DNA of 64,000 bases from contig CAYPEN010000002.1 of NCBI GenBank assembly GCA_964409875.1, forward strand, positions 210,630 to 274,629, given 5' to 3'. A model generated the notes under the pieces. It was not told the origin of the DNA, did no database searches, and saw only the letters and a list, made by a program, of their open reading frames with translations. Both the position numbers and the translations under genes were made by a program. This DNA is from an uncultured Gammaproteobacteria bacterium (GTDB taxonomy: Bacteria > Patescibacteriota > Microgenomatia > Levybacterales > GWA1-39-11). Of this stretch, positions 39,501 to 49,935 are shown piece after piece (the first letter of the stretch is position 1; each line of letters begins with the position of its first letter).

Positions 39501-40537
39501 TCTATTGCAGGTAGATATACCGTAATCGGGGTTTTTGTATCTTTAATAAGCGCGTTTCCTCTAAATATGAAAATTGGAAAAAGTAATGCGTCTCTTCCAC
39601 TATTGAAATAACCCACCTCAACAGAGGCGAAAACAGTTTTGGTAGGGGCTGCTAGTTGGGGCTGCTGATAGTCGGCGCCAAGGCCGACAATTATGCCTTT
39701 CCCGCTTTTTATTGACTCTTCGGCTTGGGTTAGTGGCGGAAGGAGGATGGACTTTTGGGGTACGTATTGGGGGGTGTAGAAATACGTAAACTTCTTTATA
39801 AGACCATCTTTTGTGAGCCAAACGTGAGTTGAGGCAGAGCTTCCATACTGGCGAAAAACCGTAAGACCTGAAACAACTTCCTTGAACGCAATATCTATAA
39901 GGTTTGCTTCCGTTTCGGAGTTAGCCTGCGTAAGGTCTCCTGTTTTGTTGGAAAAATACTTAACAGTGGCTTCATTTTTGTCAAAAGGGAGGTTAAGAGA
40001 CGTAATGAAATCAGACGCCTTTTTAATAAGAGATGCAGTGTCTGTTGTGGGTGCCGTGGGTGAGGTTTTTTCCTCGTCCGAGTAGGAGATGGTTCTGGAA
40101 TAAAGGTAGATAGATAATGTCTTTGCACCTTTTTGCATAAAGAGGACCTGTCCGTTGGGAGTATTTATTATGCGCTCAGACCCACCTGTTATTAGTTTTT
40201 CCTGTATTTTTGCAATGGTGTCCGCCGGGATGCTTGTGGGGGCCTGTGTGTAGATTTGACCCGTTGTGGGAATATTTTTTGTCTGATAGTCGAAAAATAT
40301 TTCCCCCAGTCGGTTGCCTTCCACCGCGGCAGCGCTGTCGATTTGTAATTTTGTGGAAGATGCTCGGTTGTTACTGTTTGTATCGATGGGAACAAGCGTG
40401 GGGGTTGGAGTGTTTGCGCTTCTTTGAACTGGTCCTTTTTTTACGAAGACACTAACAAATAAAAGCACTATAAAAACCACCACAAACAAAAAGGAGATGG
40501 TAAGCCTTTTTTTTAATGACAAAAATCCTTCAGACAT
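39497..40537 (-). CDS. Single-TM extracellular hypothetical protein (T4SS-like operon)
   Basis: N-terminal TM, PT-rich linker; last gene of a tightly packed operon. Confidence 0.8.
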   Translation of the reverse strand: MSEGFLSLKKRLTISFLFVVVFIVLLFVSVFVKKGPVQRSANTPTPTLVPIDTNSNNRASSTKLQIDSAAAVEGNRLGEIFFDYQTKNIPTTGQIYTQAPTSIPADTIAKIQEKLITGGSERIINTPNGQVLFMQKGAKTLSIYLYSRTISYSDEEKTSPTAPTTDTASLIKKASDFITSLNLPFDKNEATVKYFSNKTGDLTQANSETEANLIDIAFKEVVSGLTVFRQYGSSASTHVWLTKDGLIKKFTYFYTPQYVPQKSILLPPLTQAEESIKSGKGIIVGLGADYQQPQLAAPTKTVFASVEVGYFNSGRDALLFPIFIFRGNALIKDTKTPITVYLPAID

Positions 40538-40538
40538 G

Positions 40539-41111
40539 TTAAATTGAGCCTGGATTACAGGGAATATTGAAAGGTGGATCCGGGTCGCAGTTTGAGGGAG
40601 TGATTGGTTCGGGAATGTAGGGTGGTGCCATGGGTGCGCCCCTTAATTCAAAATGCAAATGGGTCCCAGAGGAAACCCCCGTTGTTCCCATGAGCCCAAT
40701 TTCGTCACCTTTTGAGACGTTTTGACCAACTGAAACCTCAATTACCGACAAATGTCCATATAGGGCAATTACCCCTTCGCTGTTTTTGATTTGCACAGAG
40801 TTGCCGTATCCACCCCAGCCCCTACTGCAATCTCCATCAGCCGAGCAGTCATGAACTTCAGAGACAATGCCGTCAAAAGCACTGTGCACAGGAGGGGAGC
40901 CCGTGTTGGCAATATCTAGTGCGTTTAGATGGAGAGGTCCATGGTCGGTACCCCCTTCCGGACCTTGGGTTATTATTCCCGTTGTGGGCCATCCTCCGTC
41001 TCCACCCTTAGGTGTTCCTACTTTTGTTCTGACAGAGCTCGTTTGGGCGACAACAACGGTAGCACAGGAAAGAAACATAAGAGGCGCTATAAGCAGCAAA
41101 AACCGTTTCAT
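40539..41111 (-). CDS. Secreted M23 peptidase
   Basis: Signal peptide; H...ALDIA, GYGN, YGHL, TGVSSGTHLHFE. Confidence 0.9.
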   Translation of the reverse strand: MKRFLLLIAPLMFLSCATVVVAQTSSVRTKVGTPKGGDGGWPTTGIITQGPEGGTDHGPLHLNALDIANTGSPPVHSAFDGIVSEVHDCSADGDCSRGWGGYGNSVQIKNSEGVIALYGHLSVIEVSVGQNVSKGDEIGLMGTTGVSSGTHLHFELRGAPMAPPYIPEPITPSNCDPDPPFNIPCNPGSI

Positions 41112-41806
41112 TATTTATATAGATATTTAATAGTTACAGAATTGGGGTCAATATTTTTGCTCGCAATATATTCACTGACACTTTTCTTTGCTTTTTCAAA
41201 TTGCTCCGTAAAAGAAAGGGGGGAGGTTGCGTCGTATTTAAAGTGCATAAGGTACATGTTTTGGTCATGGTCAAATTCGAGCAGATAAATAAGGGTCTCG
41301 TGCGGAAGGTGGTTTGCAAGAGCCGTGTTGTTTGTTGGGAGGGGGGTTGGTGAAGGCGCTTCGCTCAAGTAAGACTTCTGGAGGATGCTTTGCCCCCGAA
41401 GGGTAAGCGTAAGGGTGTAGGTTGTAAACGGTTCGATTGCTTTTGTGGCTGTTGCCGTAATGGTATTCTTATTGTTGGAAATAGAGAGGGGAATTACTGT
41501 TTTTTCTGCAGCATTTGAAGGAGGGGAAGATGTCAGTTGTGTTGTTATAAGCGAGGGGTCAAGAGCGCTATCCAGCATTATCGTAAATGTTTGGTTCTGA
41601 TAACTTCTAAGAGGCTGTGCTGAGTCGGGTAAAACCGATTTTATAAGCGATGTAGTTGTGTCCTTTGGAACCCTTTTTTGTACGGAAACGGTAGTGGGGG
41701 GCTCTTTTTTTAATGATGAGACGAAAAGAAACAGTACGGTTAAGACGGCAAGCGAGGCAATAACTCCTCCAATGTAAAATAGTTTTTTTGCCAACGGTTG
41801 CTTCAT
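41111..41806 (-). CDS. Single-TM protein with Ig-like extracellular region
   Basis: N-terminal TM; beta-rich TTYTLTLT segment. Confidence 0.75.
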   Translation of the reverse strand: MKQPLAKKLFYIGGVIASLAVLTVLFLFVSSLKKEPPTTVSVQKRVPKDTTTSLIKSVLPDSAQPLRSYQNQTFTIMLDSALDPSLITTQLTSSPPSNAAEKTVIPLSISNNKNTITATATKAIEPFTTYTLTLTLRGQSILQKSYLSEAPSPTPLPTNNTALANHLPHETLIYLLEFDHDQNMYLMHFKYDATSPLSFTEQFEKAKKSVSEYIASKNIDPNSVTIKYLYK

Positions 41807-43287
41807 ATCCCTTTAAATTTCTTGTAAAAGCTAGTAAAATTTCCGCGCGCCGGGTCGTTGTGGTCGTTTACATGGCATATGGGTGCATACATTTCATAAG
41901 CATATACAAATGCGTCGGTGTAGATACAAGTATTTCCTATGCTGCTCGGAATTTCAAGCGACCCTCCGACATTATTTGTTTCAAAAGTGCTCATTAATTG
42001 GTTTAGGCTTCCCGCCGCGCACGTGACATTTTCCGTAAAGCCTGCGTCGGAGGGATTAAGACAACCGAAGGGGTAGGTTGCTGCGGTGTCAAACCCGGAT
42101 TCGGTGCCCCAAATCGATGCAAGAATAAGCGGATTAACATTGTATTGAACGCCTGCATCGTAAATTTGCCCCAGGTTGGCCTCTTTTCCCGCGAGGGGAA
42201 GTCCTGACGAATTTGCAATAATGCTTGAGATAAAAGTTGCTCTGTCGCCAAGAACATTGGTATTTCGTCCTTGCCCGACAACGAGCGCTAAAAATTCCGG
42301 CGGGTCACCCGTTGGGCTTCCGGTTCCACTCCCGGTGCTTGCCCCCGCGGCAAGTTTTGCAGATATTACGTTGTTGATGTAGGTGTCCTCCGCCGTAGGG
42401 TGGAGGATTACTTTGAAGGGTTTTTGGTTGCCTGGTTCTTCAAGAGACCATGTCACAAGAGTGGATGTTGAGTCTGTGGCTTGTATTCCGTCGGTCAAAA
42501 CAAACCTAGCATTGGCGGGTACGGCATCAACGAGAATTATTTTTTCAACCGGAATTTTCCCTACGCTTGCGTCATAAGTGTAACTTACCGTGTATTCAAT
42601 ATCTTCCCCGTTGTTGATAGAAGTAGGCCCTGAAAGGGTAAGGGTAAGCCCGGGAATTTTGTTTGCTTGGCTGGATCCGCCGGGGAGGGAGGAGGATGTG
42701 GGGGTTTGACTCGTCGAGTCGTCATTGTCGGAAGAAGAAGAGCCTTTAAAAAAGAAGAAATATATCAGGATGATGCCCACCACAATTAATATGGCAGCAA
42801 TTACCCAGGGAGCTATGGCAGCGCCCCCCGCTGCAGCTGCTCCACCGGCTGCTGCTCCTCCTGCCGCTGCTCCTCCCGCCGCTCCGGCTGCTGCTGTGCC
42901 ACCTGCAGCAGCGCCCCCGGCCGTTGCGGCACTGCCTGCAGCGCCCGCCGCTTCACCAGCCGCTGCTGCTCCTTGCGCTGCGCTGCCCGCAGTCTCAGCC
43001 GCTGTGCTTGCTCCTTCCGCGGCTTGGGATGCGGATTTTCCTTTTCTTGCCCAGTTAAGAATATTTCTTGCTCTATTGCCGGAGTCTTTTAGATTTTGGA
43101 GCGAGCTGCTTGGGTCTTGTGATTCTTCTTTCTTTTCTTTTTCCGTATCTTCTTCGGGAAGACCAAATGGTTCTTCTGGGTTTTGCAGTTCTTCTTTTTC
43201 TTCTTCTTCCTCTTTTTCATCCTCCTCATCTTCCTCAAGGGGTTCATCTGGTTCTTCTTGCCAGGGAGGAGGGGTGTCGTTTTTCAT
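41803..43287 (-). CDS. Membrane-anchored protein: acidic/Ala-Gly N-terminus, Ig-like (DUF11-like) domain, lysozyme-like C-domain (VirB1-like)
   Basis: YNVNPLILASIWGTESGF resembles the SLT/lysozyme catalytic ES motif. Confidence 0.7.
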   Translation of the reverse strand: MKNDTPPPWQEEPDEPLEEDEEDEKEEEEEKEELQNPEEPFGLPEEDTEKEKKEESQDPSSSLQNLKDSGNRARNILNWARKGKSASQAAEGASTAAETAGSAAQGAAAAGEAAGAAGSAATAGGAAAGGTAAAGAAGGAAAGGAAAGGAAAAGGAAIAPWVIAAILIVVGIILIYFFFFKGSSSSDNDDSTSQTPTSSSLPGGSSQANKIPGLTLTLSGPTSINNGEDIEYTVSYTYDASVGKIPVEKIILVDAVPANARFVLTDGIQATDSTSTLVTWSLEEPGNQKPFKVILHPTAEDTYINNVISAKLAAGASTGSGTGSPTGDPPEFLALVVGQGRNTNVLGDRATFISSIIANSSGLPLAGKEANLGQIYDAGVQYNVNPLILASIWGTESGFDTAATYPFGCLNPSDAGFTENVTCAAGSLNQLMSTFETNNVGGSLEIPSSIGNTCIYTDAFVYAYEMYAPICHVNDHNDPARGNFTSFYKKFKGI

Positions 43288-43289
43288 GG

Positions 43290-45434
43290 TTAGCTACTTT
43301 GTTGCAATGGGTTTTGTTGGAGATTTTGGACCGGTTGGGGTATGCCGGGAGAAGGTGGGGGTAGTGGTGAGGGGGAGGCGGACGTTGAGAGAATTGGTGG
43401 GTTTTGAACAAATTGTTGCACTGTGGGAGCCGGCGGTTGTGTTGGTGGGGTTTGTGTGATGGGTTGGATCGCAGGTGGCATTTGTTGTGGGAACGGCTGG
43501 AGTGGTGCCTGTTGTTGTGGCTGTGGGACTGCCGGACCTGCTAGGGGATCTTGTGGCGTGGGCTCTACGGGGGGTTGCGGATTTTGTACCTCGTTTTGCA
43601 TGGTGTCTTGAGGTTTTGAGGTGACAAGGTCGTATTCAAACTGGGACGCGACGAATTGTGCCGTAACGTGGTTTTGCCCTGCAAAAAGAAGACCTTCGCC
43701 CACTTGGGCTGTTAGGAGATACTGCTTTTCTCCCTCTGACAGGTTGAGGGTTTTAGCAAGCGCTTCAACTTCGGAAGAGCCCTGCTTTAGAAGTATTTGC
43801 ACAGAAGAGCTTGAAAGAATAGCTTTTCCATAATCTGAAGAAAGGAAGTCCTCAATATCTTGCGTAAGGGTGGTGAGTCCCAGGTAGTATTTTCTGCACC
43901 TCTTTGCAATTCCCTGCAAAAATGCGGCCGAATCCGGGTAGCGCATCATGTACCACGCCTCATCAACAATGAGGATCCTTTTCTTCATTTTTGTTCTGAC
44001 ACGAGTCCATATAAAGTCCAAAATAACGTGCATTGCAATTGGTCGCAACACATCTTCTAATTGTCTCAAGGAAAAGACGGTGAGTTGATTTCTTACATCG
44101 TAATTTGTCTGATGGTTAAAGAGGCCTGAAAATCCGCCTTTGACATATTTTTCAAGCCTGAAGGCCAGTTCTTTTGCGTCTGCCTCTTCCATGTTGAGAA
44201 GCGTCTTGTATAGGTCTTCAAGAATCGGTGGCTCATTTTTATATGTTGATGGGTCTGGAGATATCCCTTTTTGTTTATAGGCAAGAACAATTGCGCGGTC
44301 CAATATTGCTTCTTGGGTGGCCGACATTTCGCCCATCATGGTTTTTAAAAGCCCATGCACCGAAAGTATTTTTACCCCTAGTTGCGCTTCTGATTGGTCA
44401 TCGGGAAGTAGGGCAAAGGGGTTAATTTTTATCTCAGAGTCTTTTGAAAAAGAGATGTATTCTCCTTCAAGAGATTGGCAGAGCACCTTGTATTCGTCCT
44501 CGGGGTCGATAATGAGAACCTCAGTGTCAAACATCATTTGTCGCAGCACTTCAAGCTTCACAAGAAAAGACTTCCCCGAACCTGATTTTCCAAAGACAAC
44601 AGAGTTGGCGTTTTCAAAAGAGAACCTGTCAACGATGACTAGGGAATTATTAAGCGTGTTTATCCCATAGAGAATTCCATTGGGGTGAGAAATTTCGTAG
44701 GAGGTGAATGGAAACGTGGAGGCAACCGAGGTTGTATCCATGTTCCTTGTGGAGAACAATTTGTCATTTCCAGTAGGAAGGGTGGTTTTGAACCCATCCT
44801 CCATCTGAAGGGTGGCTGGCTTTATGATAAGCAGATTTGATGAGAGAAGCGACATCAGCTCTTTCGAGCGGAGGTTAAGATCTTCTATGTCTTGAGAGGC
44901 AAGTGTTACATAGAGCCCAAATTGGTAGAAGCGCTCAAGGCCCCGCGCCAATTCTTCGCGAAGGGCAATTGCGTCTTCTAGTTGGGCGCGGATTTTGGGA
45001 TCGGGTTCGAGCCCCTGCTGGGTATCTGACTCAATAGTGGCCTCCATTTCGGCGATTTTTCGTCTCAAATTTGAGAGAACATCCTTTGACTCGACTGGGT
45101 AGATAAACATTGAGATATTCATGGTCTCTTTGTAGTCGATAAGAATTGAAAGCCAATTGGGGGAAACCTGGCGGGGATAATCAACGACAAAAAAGGTGCG
45201 GTAGTAGGTGTCCCCTACGCGAATATGTTTGAAATCCACCTCAACAGAAGAGGGGGCAATTATGTCGACTATTGATACCGAACCCTGCTTTAGCGCTTCA
45301 GTTGTTTTGGCATTAACGGGTGGTTTTGCCGGAGCCTGCTGTGCTGCCGGGGCCGTTGTCACCGGAGGAGTCTGTCCCTGAACGGGGGTAGCCGGAGCGG
45401 GTTGTTGTGTTGGTTGTTTTTTCTTTCCGAACAT
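43290..45434 (-). CDS. virB4: VirB4-like T4SS ATPase
   Basis: GKSGSGKS, IIDPEDEY, IVDEAW, RCRKY, LTQD; Pro/Gln-rich termini. Confidence 0.9.
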   Translation of the reverse strand: MFGKKKQPTQQPAPATPVQGQTPPVTTAPAAQQAPAKPPVNAKTTEALKQGSVSIVDIIAPSSVEVDFKHIRVGDTYYRTFFVVDYPRQVSPNWLSILIDYKETMNISMFIYPVESKDVLSNLRRKIAEMEATIESDTQQGLEPDPKIRAQLEDAIALREELARGLERFYQFGLYVTLASQDIEDLNLRSKELMSLLSSNLLIIKPATLQMEDGFKTTLPTGNDKLFSTRNMDTTSVASTFPFTSYEISHPNGILYGINTLNNSLVIVDRFSFENANSVVFGKSGSGKSFLVKLEVLRQMMFDTEVLIIDPEDEYKVLCQSLEGEYISFSKDSEIKINPFALLPDDQSEAQLGVKILSVHGLLKTMMGEMSATQEAILDRAIVLAYKQKGISPDPSTYKNEPPILEDLYKTLLNMEEADAKELAFRLEKYVKGGFSGLFNHQTNYDVRNQLTVFSLRQLEDVLRPIAMHVILDFIWTRVRTKMKKRILIVDEAWYMMRYPDSAAFLQGIAKRCRKYYLGLTTLTQDIEDFLSSDYGKAILSSSSVQILLKQGSSEVEALAKTLNLSEGEKQYLLTAQVGEGLLFAGQNHVTAQFVASQFEYDLVTSKPQDTMQNEVQNPQPPVEPTPQDPLAGPAVPQPQQQAPLQPFPQQMPPAIQPITQTPPTQPPAPTVQQFVQNPPILSTSASPSPLPPPSPGIPQPVQNLQQNPLQQSS

Positions 45435-45453
45435 ATATTAATAGGTTGTTAGA

Positions 45454-46113
45454 TTAAAGTATGACGTTTTGGACATCCTGTGAATTAAAATCGACCGTTA
45501 TCGTATCATTGTTGAGTATTTCATAAAAAAGTTTTATCAATTCTTCGTGTTGAAGTGGACGGGCAGAAAGCCCCATTCTTTCAACCTGAGCCTGAATAAC
45601 TGAGCGTTTCGAAATGAGAGCATTTTTTGCTTGGTCTGCAAAGGTGCCTGTTTTTGTTTGCTGTTGGGGTTTTTGTCCTGGGGGAGTAGTGGTTTGTGCT
45701 CCCAGAGTTCCCTCAAGATACGAATAGGGAACGACAATATAAATCTTTTTATCCAAAAGTCCCTCATTTTTTACAAGTTCGTCGATGAATTGCCGGTACA
45801 TTGCCAAGTGTTCTTTTATCCGCTGGTTCTGTAGGTCGTCAATTTTTTTATCCAAAAGCTTAAGGTAGTTTCCCATATCTACCCGTTTTGAAATAATGAG
45901 GATTTGTATAGCAAAAGAAAGAGAATTAATAAGTGACATATATCCATAAATTCGTGCGTTTTGCTCATCTGCTGATAAAAGAAAGAAATTGACTGAAGAG
46001 ACTTCCAAAACAGAGCAGGCATTTTTACCTTTAAACAACACAACATCATCGACGATATCAACTATTTCTGTAAAGTCTTGCGTTGTTGAGTGTATTTTGT
46101 CTTTTTTTGCCAT
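45454..46113 (-). CDS. VirB4-associated (TraC-N-like) protein
   Basis: STTQDF...VNFFLLSADEQ...LINSLSFAIQI; lies between prgI and virB4. Confidence 0.7.
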   Translation of the reverse strand: MAKKDKIHSTTQDFTEIVDIVDDVVLFKGKNACSVLEVSSVNFFLLSADEQNARIYGYMSLINSLSFAIQILIISKRVDMGNYLKLLDKKIDDLQNQRIKEHLAMYRQFIDELVKNEGLLDKKIYIVVPYSYLEGTLGAQTTTPPGQKPQQQTKTGTFADQAKNALISKRSVIQAQVERMGLSARPLQHEELIKLFYEILNNDTITVDFNSQDVQNVIL

Positions 46114-46117
46114 ATTT

Positions 46118-47425
46118 TTATACCGCCGCTTGTGGAGCCGGCGTATTGCCAAAGAGCTCTCTTCGTAGTCGTTCGCGCTGATCTATTGAAAAAATTTCTA
46201 GCGGGTTGAATATTTTTCCATCAAGCGCAATCTGGATTTGCTCAAATTCATTTTGCTTCCGCGGGTCTTCGAGAATAACGATATAGTTGCCGTTAGGAAG
46301 GGGAGTTGCTGCGGCAAATTGTCCCAATGCATTTGTCTTAAATGCTCTTACAGGGACGCCTTGTTCGTTCATAATTTCAACCAAAATATTGGGGAGCACT
46401 TTTCCCCTAGGGTCGCGGATAATGCCCATGACGATATTGGGGGTATCGGGGAGTTGGGGAAAGCCCGCCTTAAGACTTTTTTCAGGAGTGACAGTGGTAA
46501 CGCTGGCACTTTGACCGGGGGCAACTGTGGGGGCAGATGCAGTTGTTGCAGTGGGGATAGACGGTTGTAGCGGAGACGCATCGGGAAGAGGATTTGATTC
46601 TATCTGTTGCACAACGTGTGTTATTTGTGGAGTTTGTTGTGGCTTGGTAGTGGCAGCAGGCGCTAAGGGAACCTCCTCCTGTGTTTTTGCGGGGGCCTGG
46701 GGTGTTACGAGTTTTGTATTGGCATTGGTATCAAGGTTTTGTATCTTTTGGGCAACGCTTACCACGACCTGTGGGTCAGGAGCGGCAGATGGAGTTTGTG
46801 TGGTCGGTAGTTCATGGGGAGTTGTTAGCTCTTTTACCTCTTTTGTTGCAATAGTAACCGAGGGGGTAACAATTTGCAGAGCCGGAGGTATCTCTTTAGG
46901 TGCATCATCAACTCTTTGTACGGAAGGGCTTGCCGAATGGGAGGCCTCATTAAGATACTCGTTGATATTGGTGAGAACTGCTTGTTCTCTTTCATCCGGT
47001 TTGTAAGTCTTTTTAAGCGTTTTATAGAGAAGGGCACGCCTTGAATCGCGGTCATTAGTCTGAGGGGTTGCTGTTGGTTCCGTTTTTTGGACGACCTGAA
47101 GCTTCGGGGTAAAGAAGTCAAAGATTAGCGCTTCGGCCCCTTTTTTCCTGAAGACATACTGGTTTTCGGCAGGGAGCGCTTTAAGAAAATTTTTGAGCAT
47201 TACGTCCATCGGGCGCCCCTCAATTGGAATAAAAGCAATTGCAGCACCCAGTCCTCCAAAAAGAAGAGCAAGAGGCACTTTTATTACACCCGAAACGGGA
47301 AGAATAAAACACACTCCCGCAAGAATGCCGCCTCCCAATATGTAGAGGAATTGTTTTATGGTGACGCTGCCAATAAGCTTAAATTTAAATCCAGTAACGT
47401 CCTGGGGAATAGGGTGATTCTCCAT
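46118..47425 (-). CDS. PrgI-family protein with Pro/Thr-rich linker and C-terminal beta domain
   Basis: HPIPQDVTGFKFKLIGSVTIKQF, two TMs, IEGRPMD; C-terminal AFKTNALGQF. Confidence 0.82.
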   Translation of the reverse strand: MENHPIPQDVTGFKFKLIGSVTIKQFLYILGGGILAGVCFILPVSGVIKVPLALLFGGLGAAIAFIPIEGRPMDVMLKNFLKALPAENQYVFRKKGAEALIFDFFTPKLQVVQKTEPTATPQTNDRDSRRALLYKTLKKTYKPDEREQAVLTNINEYLNEASHSASPSVQRVDDAPKEIPPALQIVTPSVTIATKEVKELTTPHELPTTQTPSAAPDPQVVVSVAQKIQNLDTNANTKLVTPQAPAKTQEEVPLAPAATTKPQQTPQITHVVQQIESNPLPDASPLQPSIPTATTASAPTVAPGQSASVTTVTPEKSLKAGFPQLPDTPNIVMGIIRDPRGKVLPNILVEIMNEQGVPVRAFKTNALGQFAAATPLPNGNYIVILEDPRKQNEFEQIQIALDGKIFNPLEIFSIDQRERLRRELFGNTPAPQAAV

Positions 47426-47595
47426 AATAAATGCAAACACACCGTATCGATGTGCTGCATCTAAGCGTATAACGTGAAAATTTTGGATGCAACGCGTTCA
47501 AACTGGGTCAAAATGGATAGCTCTTTGAGGCTGCTGTGAAAAGGGGAGCGAAAAATTTATTGACTTCAATTCGAAAATAGTATTACTATGATGAT

Positions 47596-47934
47596 ATGGC
47601 GCTGTCGCATGAGCAAAAGGAAATACTTTTTAAGAAAATTTTAGACGTAATGCAAATGGGGGCAGAAGCCGGTGCTCTCGAGCAATACGAACTAAATGAC
47701 ATTTCAGAGTATTCACTCAAGCGTGCAAATGAATTGAATAGCGAAGGAGAGATTCGAATGTTTTATGAAGAACTTTCTGATAGGTGGCCTGTTTTTGGGA
47801 TCCTCTTAGAAGAGGAAGACAGTAGGGTGAAAGAAAGGGCTGAGGAAGAGGCTACTGAAGGCGCAGCCACACTTCTTCAGCATGGGAAAATAGATGAAGC
47901 GCTTGCGTTAGTTAAAAGCGCTACCACAACTTAA
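47596..47934 (+). CDS. Small acidic hypothetical protein
   Basis: 112 aa; TTGACT promoter upstream. Confidence 0.8.
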   Translation: MALSHEQKEILFKKILDVMQMGAEAGALEQYELNDISEYSLKRANELNSEGEIRMFYEELSDRWPVFGILLEEEDSRVKERAEEEATEGAATLLQHGKIDEALALVKSATTT

Positions 47935-47936
47935 AT

Positions 47937-49925
47937 ATGCCAGATCCAACACGACTTGAGAGACCGATGTCTGCTGCTGAGGCACAATTTGGTGGTGCCG
48001 GAAGAACATTGACTCCCGAGCAGCAGCAGTCGTGGGAGGCCGGTCAAAGAATTCAAAGAAAACGGGCAGAGAATACCAGTGAGCAATCTGTCCTTGAGAG
48101 TTTTGTTCCCCACCCACCGCCTACAGAAGCACGCGTAAGACACGTTAATAATGAGAATATTGGTACCACCAGAAAAGGGGGAAGCGGGCCGGATGCAGGA
48201 GAGAAAAAATATACAGGCAGAGGTGAGCAGCGTTCGCGAGAGTATAGGGAGAAGGCGGATAAATTTGCAGGACTTTCACAAGAGCTTCTTGCAAAAGGAC
48301 TCGACAAATTAGAAGATTCCCCCGGCTTTACCGCAGCCCAAAAAAAAGAATTCCTAACAAACGAAATGCTTGAAGCCTCAAAGTCCTGGCCGCTTGCGCG
48401 CGGCGTATTGGAATCCTACGGTCCTTATGGTGATCCCGCTGCTGATGCTGCAAGGAATGCATTAATGGAGAAAATGCTTCAAGACCCAAATTTTCTGAAA
48501 AAGCTCGCCAACCATTTTGGTGAAATTTACGATGGAGATGGAGCCTTATTGAAAGAAGTCGTCGCAGAAGCTCAAGAAGAATTTGAGAAAGCAAAGGCGA
48601 AAAAAGAGGCTAAGGAAAAAGAATTGGCCGAAGTTGATGCTAGGTTGGCTGTTTTAGATGTTGCGCACACTAAATATCAACCAGGCGGGGTTGATTATAT
48701 AAGGATTGAAGCTTTGCGTACGCAATCGGCAACATGGCCAGCTGATATCGACAATGCAAATGTTGAAATAAATAGACTTAATTCGGAAATGGCTCGGTTA
48801 AGACCTCAGCAGTTTAAAAGAAGGGTCGTTCCGGACTACGATAATACCGTTACTCCTCCAGTTAGGATCGGGTCGCATGAAGAGACAGTTGAAGATACAG
48901 CGGTGACTGGTACCCTGACAACTCTTCGAAGCGAGCTAGAAACACAGCAACGGATCTTAAGAGATATTAAAGAAAAACAGGCGAAACTGGAGGCCTATAC
49001 TGGAGAATCATCGAAGATTGACCAGGAGAGAAATGAGTTACGACAAAAACAGGCACAACTACAGGGAGAAGTCGGAGAACTAGATGTAGAATACCAGATG
49101 GCAGAGGGAAAGTTTAATGCCCAAAAAGCCCTCAGGAGGGCAGAAGAAGAGGAATTTGTGAATAAAATTCAGGGAATGGTAAGAGAGGCCGGAAGACAAT
49201 ATGTCAAAGAAGATGCAAGGCAAAACGAGGCTGCACAAAAAAAGCTTATTGAAAAAGCTATATCTGATGCAAATGATAGAGATGAAAAGCAGCTTCAAAC
49301 ATGTATGAACGAAAATTGGAGGAGGACTAAGCAGGTGGGTGTCGTTCGCACGCGTAATGTCGAGGAGGTTAACAAGGAAGTTGTCCGTTCGACCTATGAA
49401 CGTGCGATTCAGGAACGCGGCATGGACTGGTATGTAAGAAATTCTATGGAAACCCATCTCAACACGCTTACGCCGGGTAGCCCTGAGTACATCGAAGAAA
49501 GGGCGCGGCTTGATAGTAAATTTGCTGACAAAGAATTTATGAAAAAGATGAATGCTATGGCTATGGAGCGGCTCTTTAAGAATTATCTTGAGAGCGGTGG
49601 AAAGTTGAAGCGGGAAGATGTTTCGATATTGACCGAAACCGAAGGAGGGCTTGGAGCGGTTGATAGAGCTCTTGATGCTAACAAGGCGGTGAGTGCAGCT
49701 ATAGAAAAGCTTAAGGGAGAAAAGGGCTTTAGCGGATCGAACAGAGAATTTATCACGCGTATCGCAAAAGACAAGAGGACGCACGGGGCGCTTGCCGGAC
49801 TTCTGGCAGCTCTTTTTGCAGCTCCATTTGCCATATCAGGCCTTACTGTTGGGGCGGCGTTATATGAAAAAGGTGCTGAGCTTGCATGGAGTGGTTCAGG
49901 AGCGCTGGCGGCAGCTATCAACTAA
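47937..49925 (+). CDS. Coiled-coil orphan protein with hydrophobic C-terminus
   Basis: 662 aa; long heptad region; ALAGLLAALFAAPFAISGLTVGAALY. Confidence 0.85.
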   Translation: MPDPTRLERPMSAAEAQFGGAGRTLTPEQQQSWEAGQRIQRKRAENTSEQSVLESFVPHPPPTEARVRHVNNENIGTTRKGGSGPDAGEKKYTGRGEQRSREYREKADKFAGLSQELLAKGLDKLEDSPGFTAAQKKEFLTNEMLEASKSWPLARGVLESYGPYGDPAADAARNALMEKMLQDPNFLKKLANHFGEIYDGDGALLKEVVAEAQEEFEKAKAKKEAKEKELAEVDARLAVLDVAHTKYQPGGVDYIRIEALRTQSATWPADIDNANVEINRLNSEMARLRPQQFKRRVVPDYDNTVTPPVRIGSHEETVEDTAVTGTLTTLRSELETQQRILRDIKEKQAKLEAYTGESSKIDQERNELRQKQAQLQGEVGELDVEYQMAEGKFNAQKALRRAEEEEFVNKIQGMVREAGRQYVKEDARQNEAAQKKLIEKAISDANDRDEKQLQTCMNENWRRTKQVGVVRTRNVEEVNKEVVRSTYERAIQERGMDWYVRNSMETHLNTLTPGSPEYIEERARLDSKFADKEFMKKMNAMAMERLFKNYLESGGKLKREDVSILTETEGGLGAVDRALDANKAVSAAIEKLKGEKGFSGSNREFITRIAKDKRTHGALAGLLAALFAAPFAISGLTVGAALYEKGAELAWSGSGALAAAIN

Positions 49926-49935
49926 GGTGTCTACC

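Noticed and set aside
42725-43459. 244-aa Ala/Pro/Ser-rich plus-strand ORF
   Set aside because: Antisense shadow of the low-complexity region of 41803-43287.
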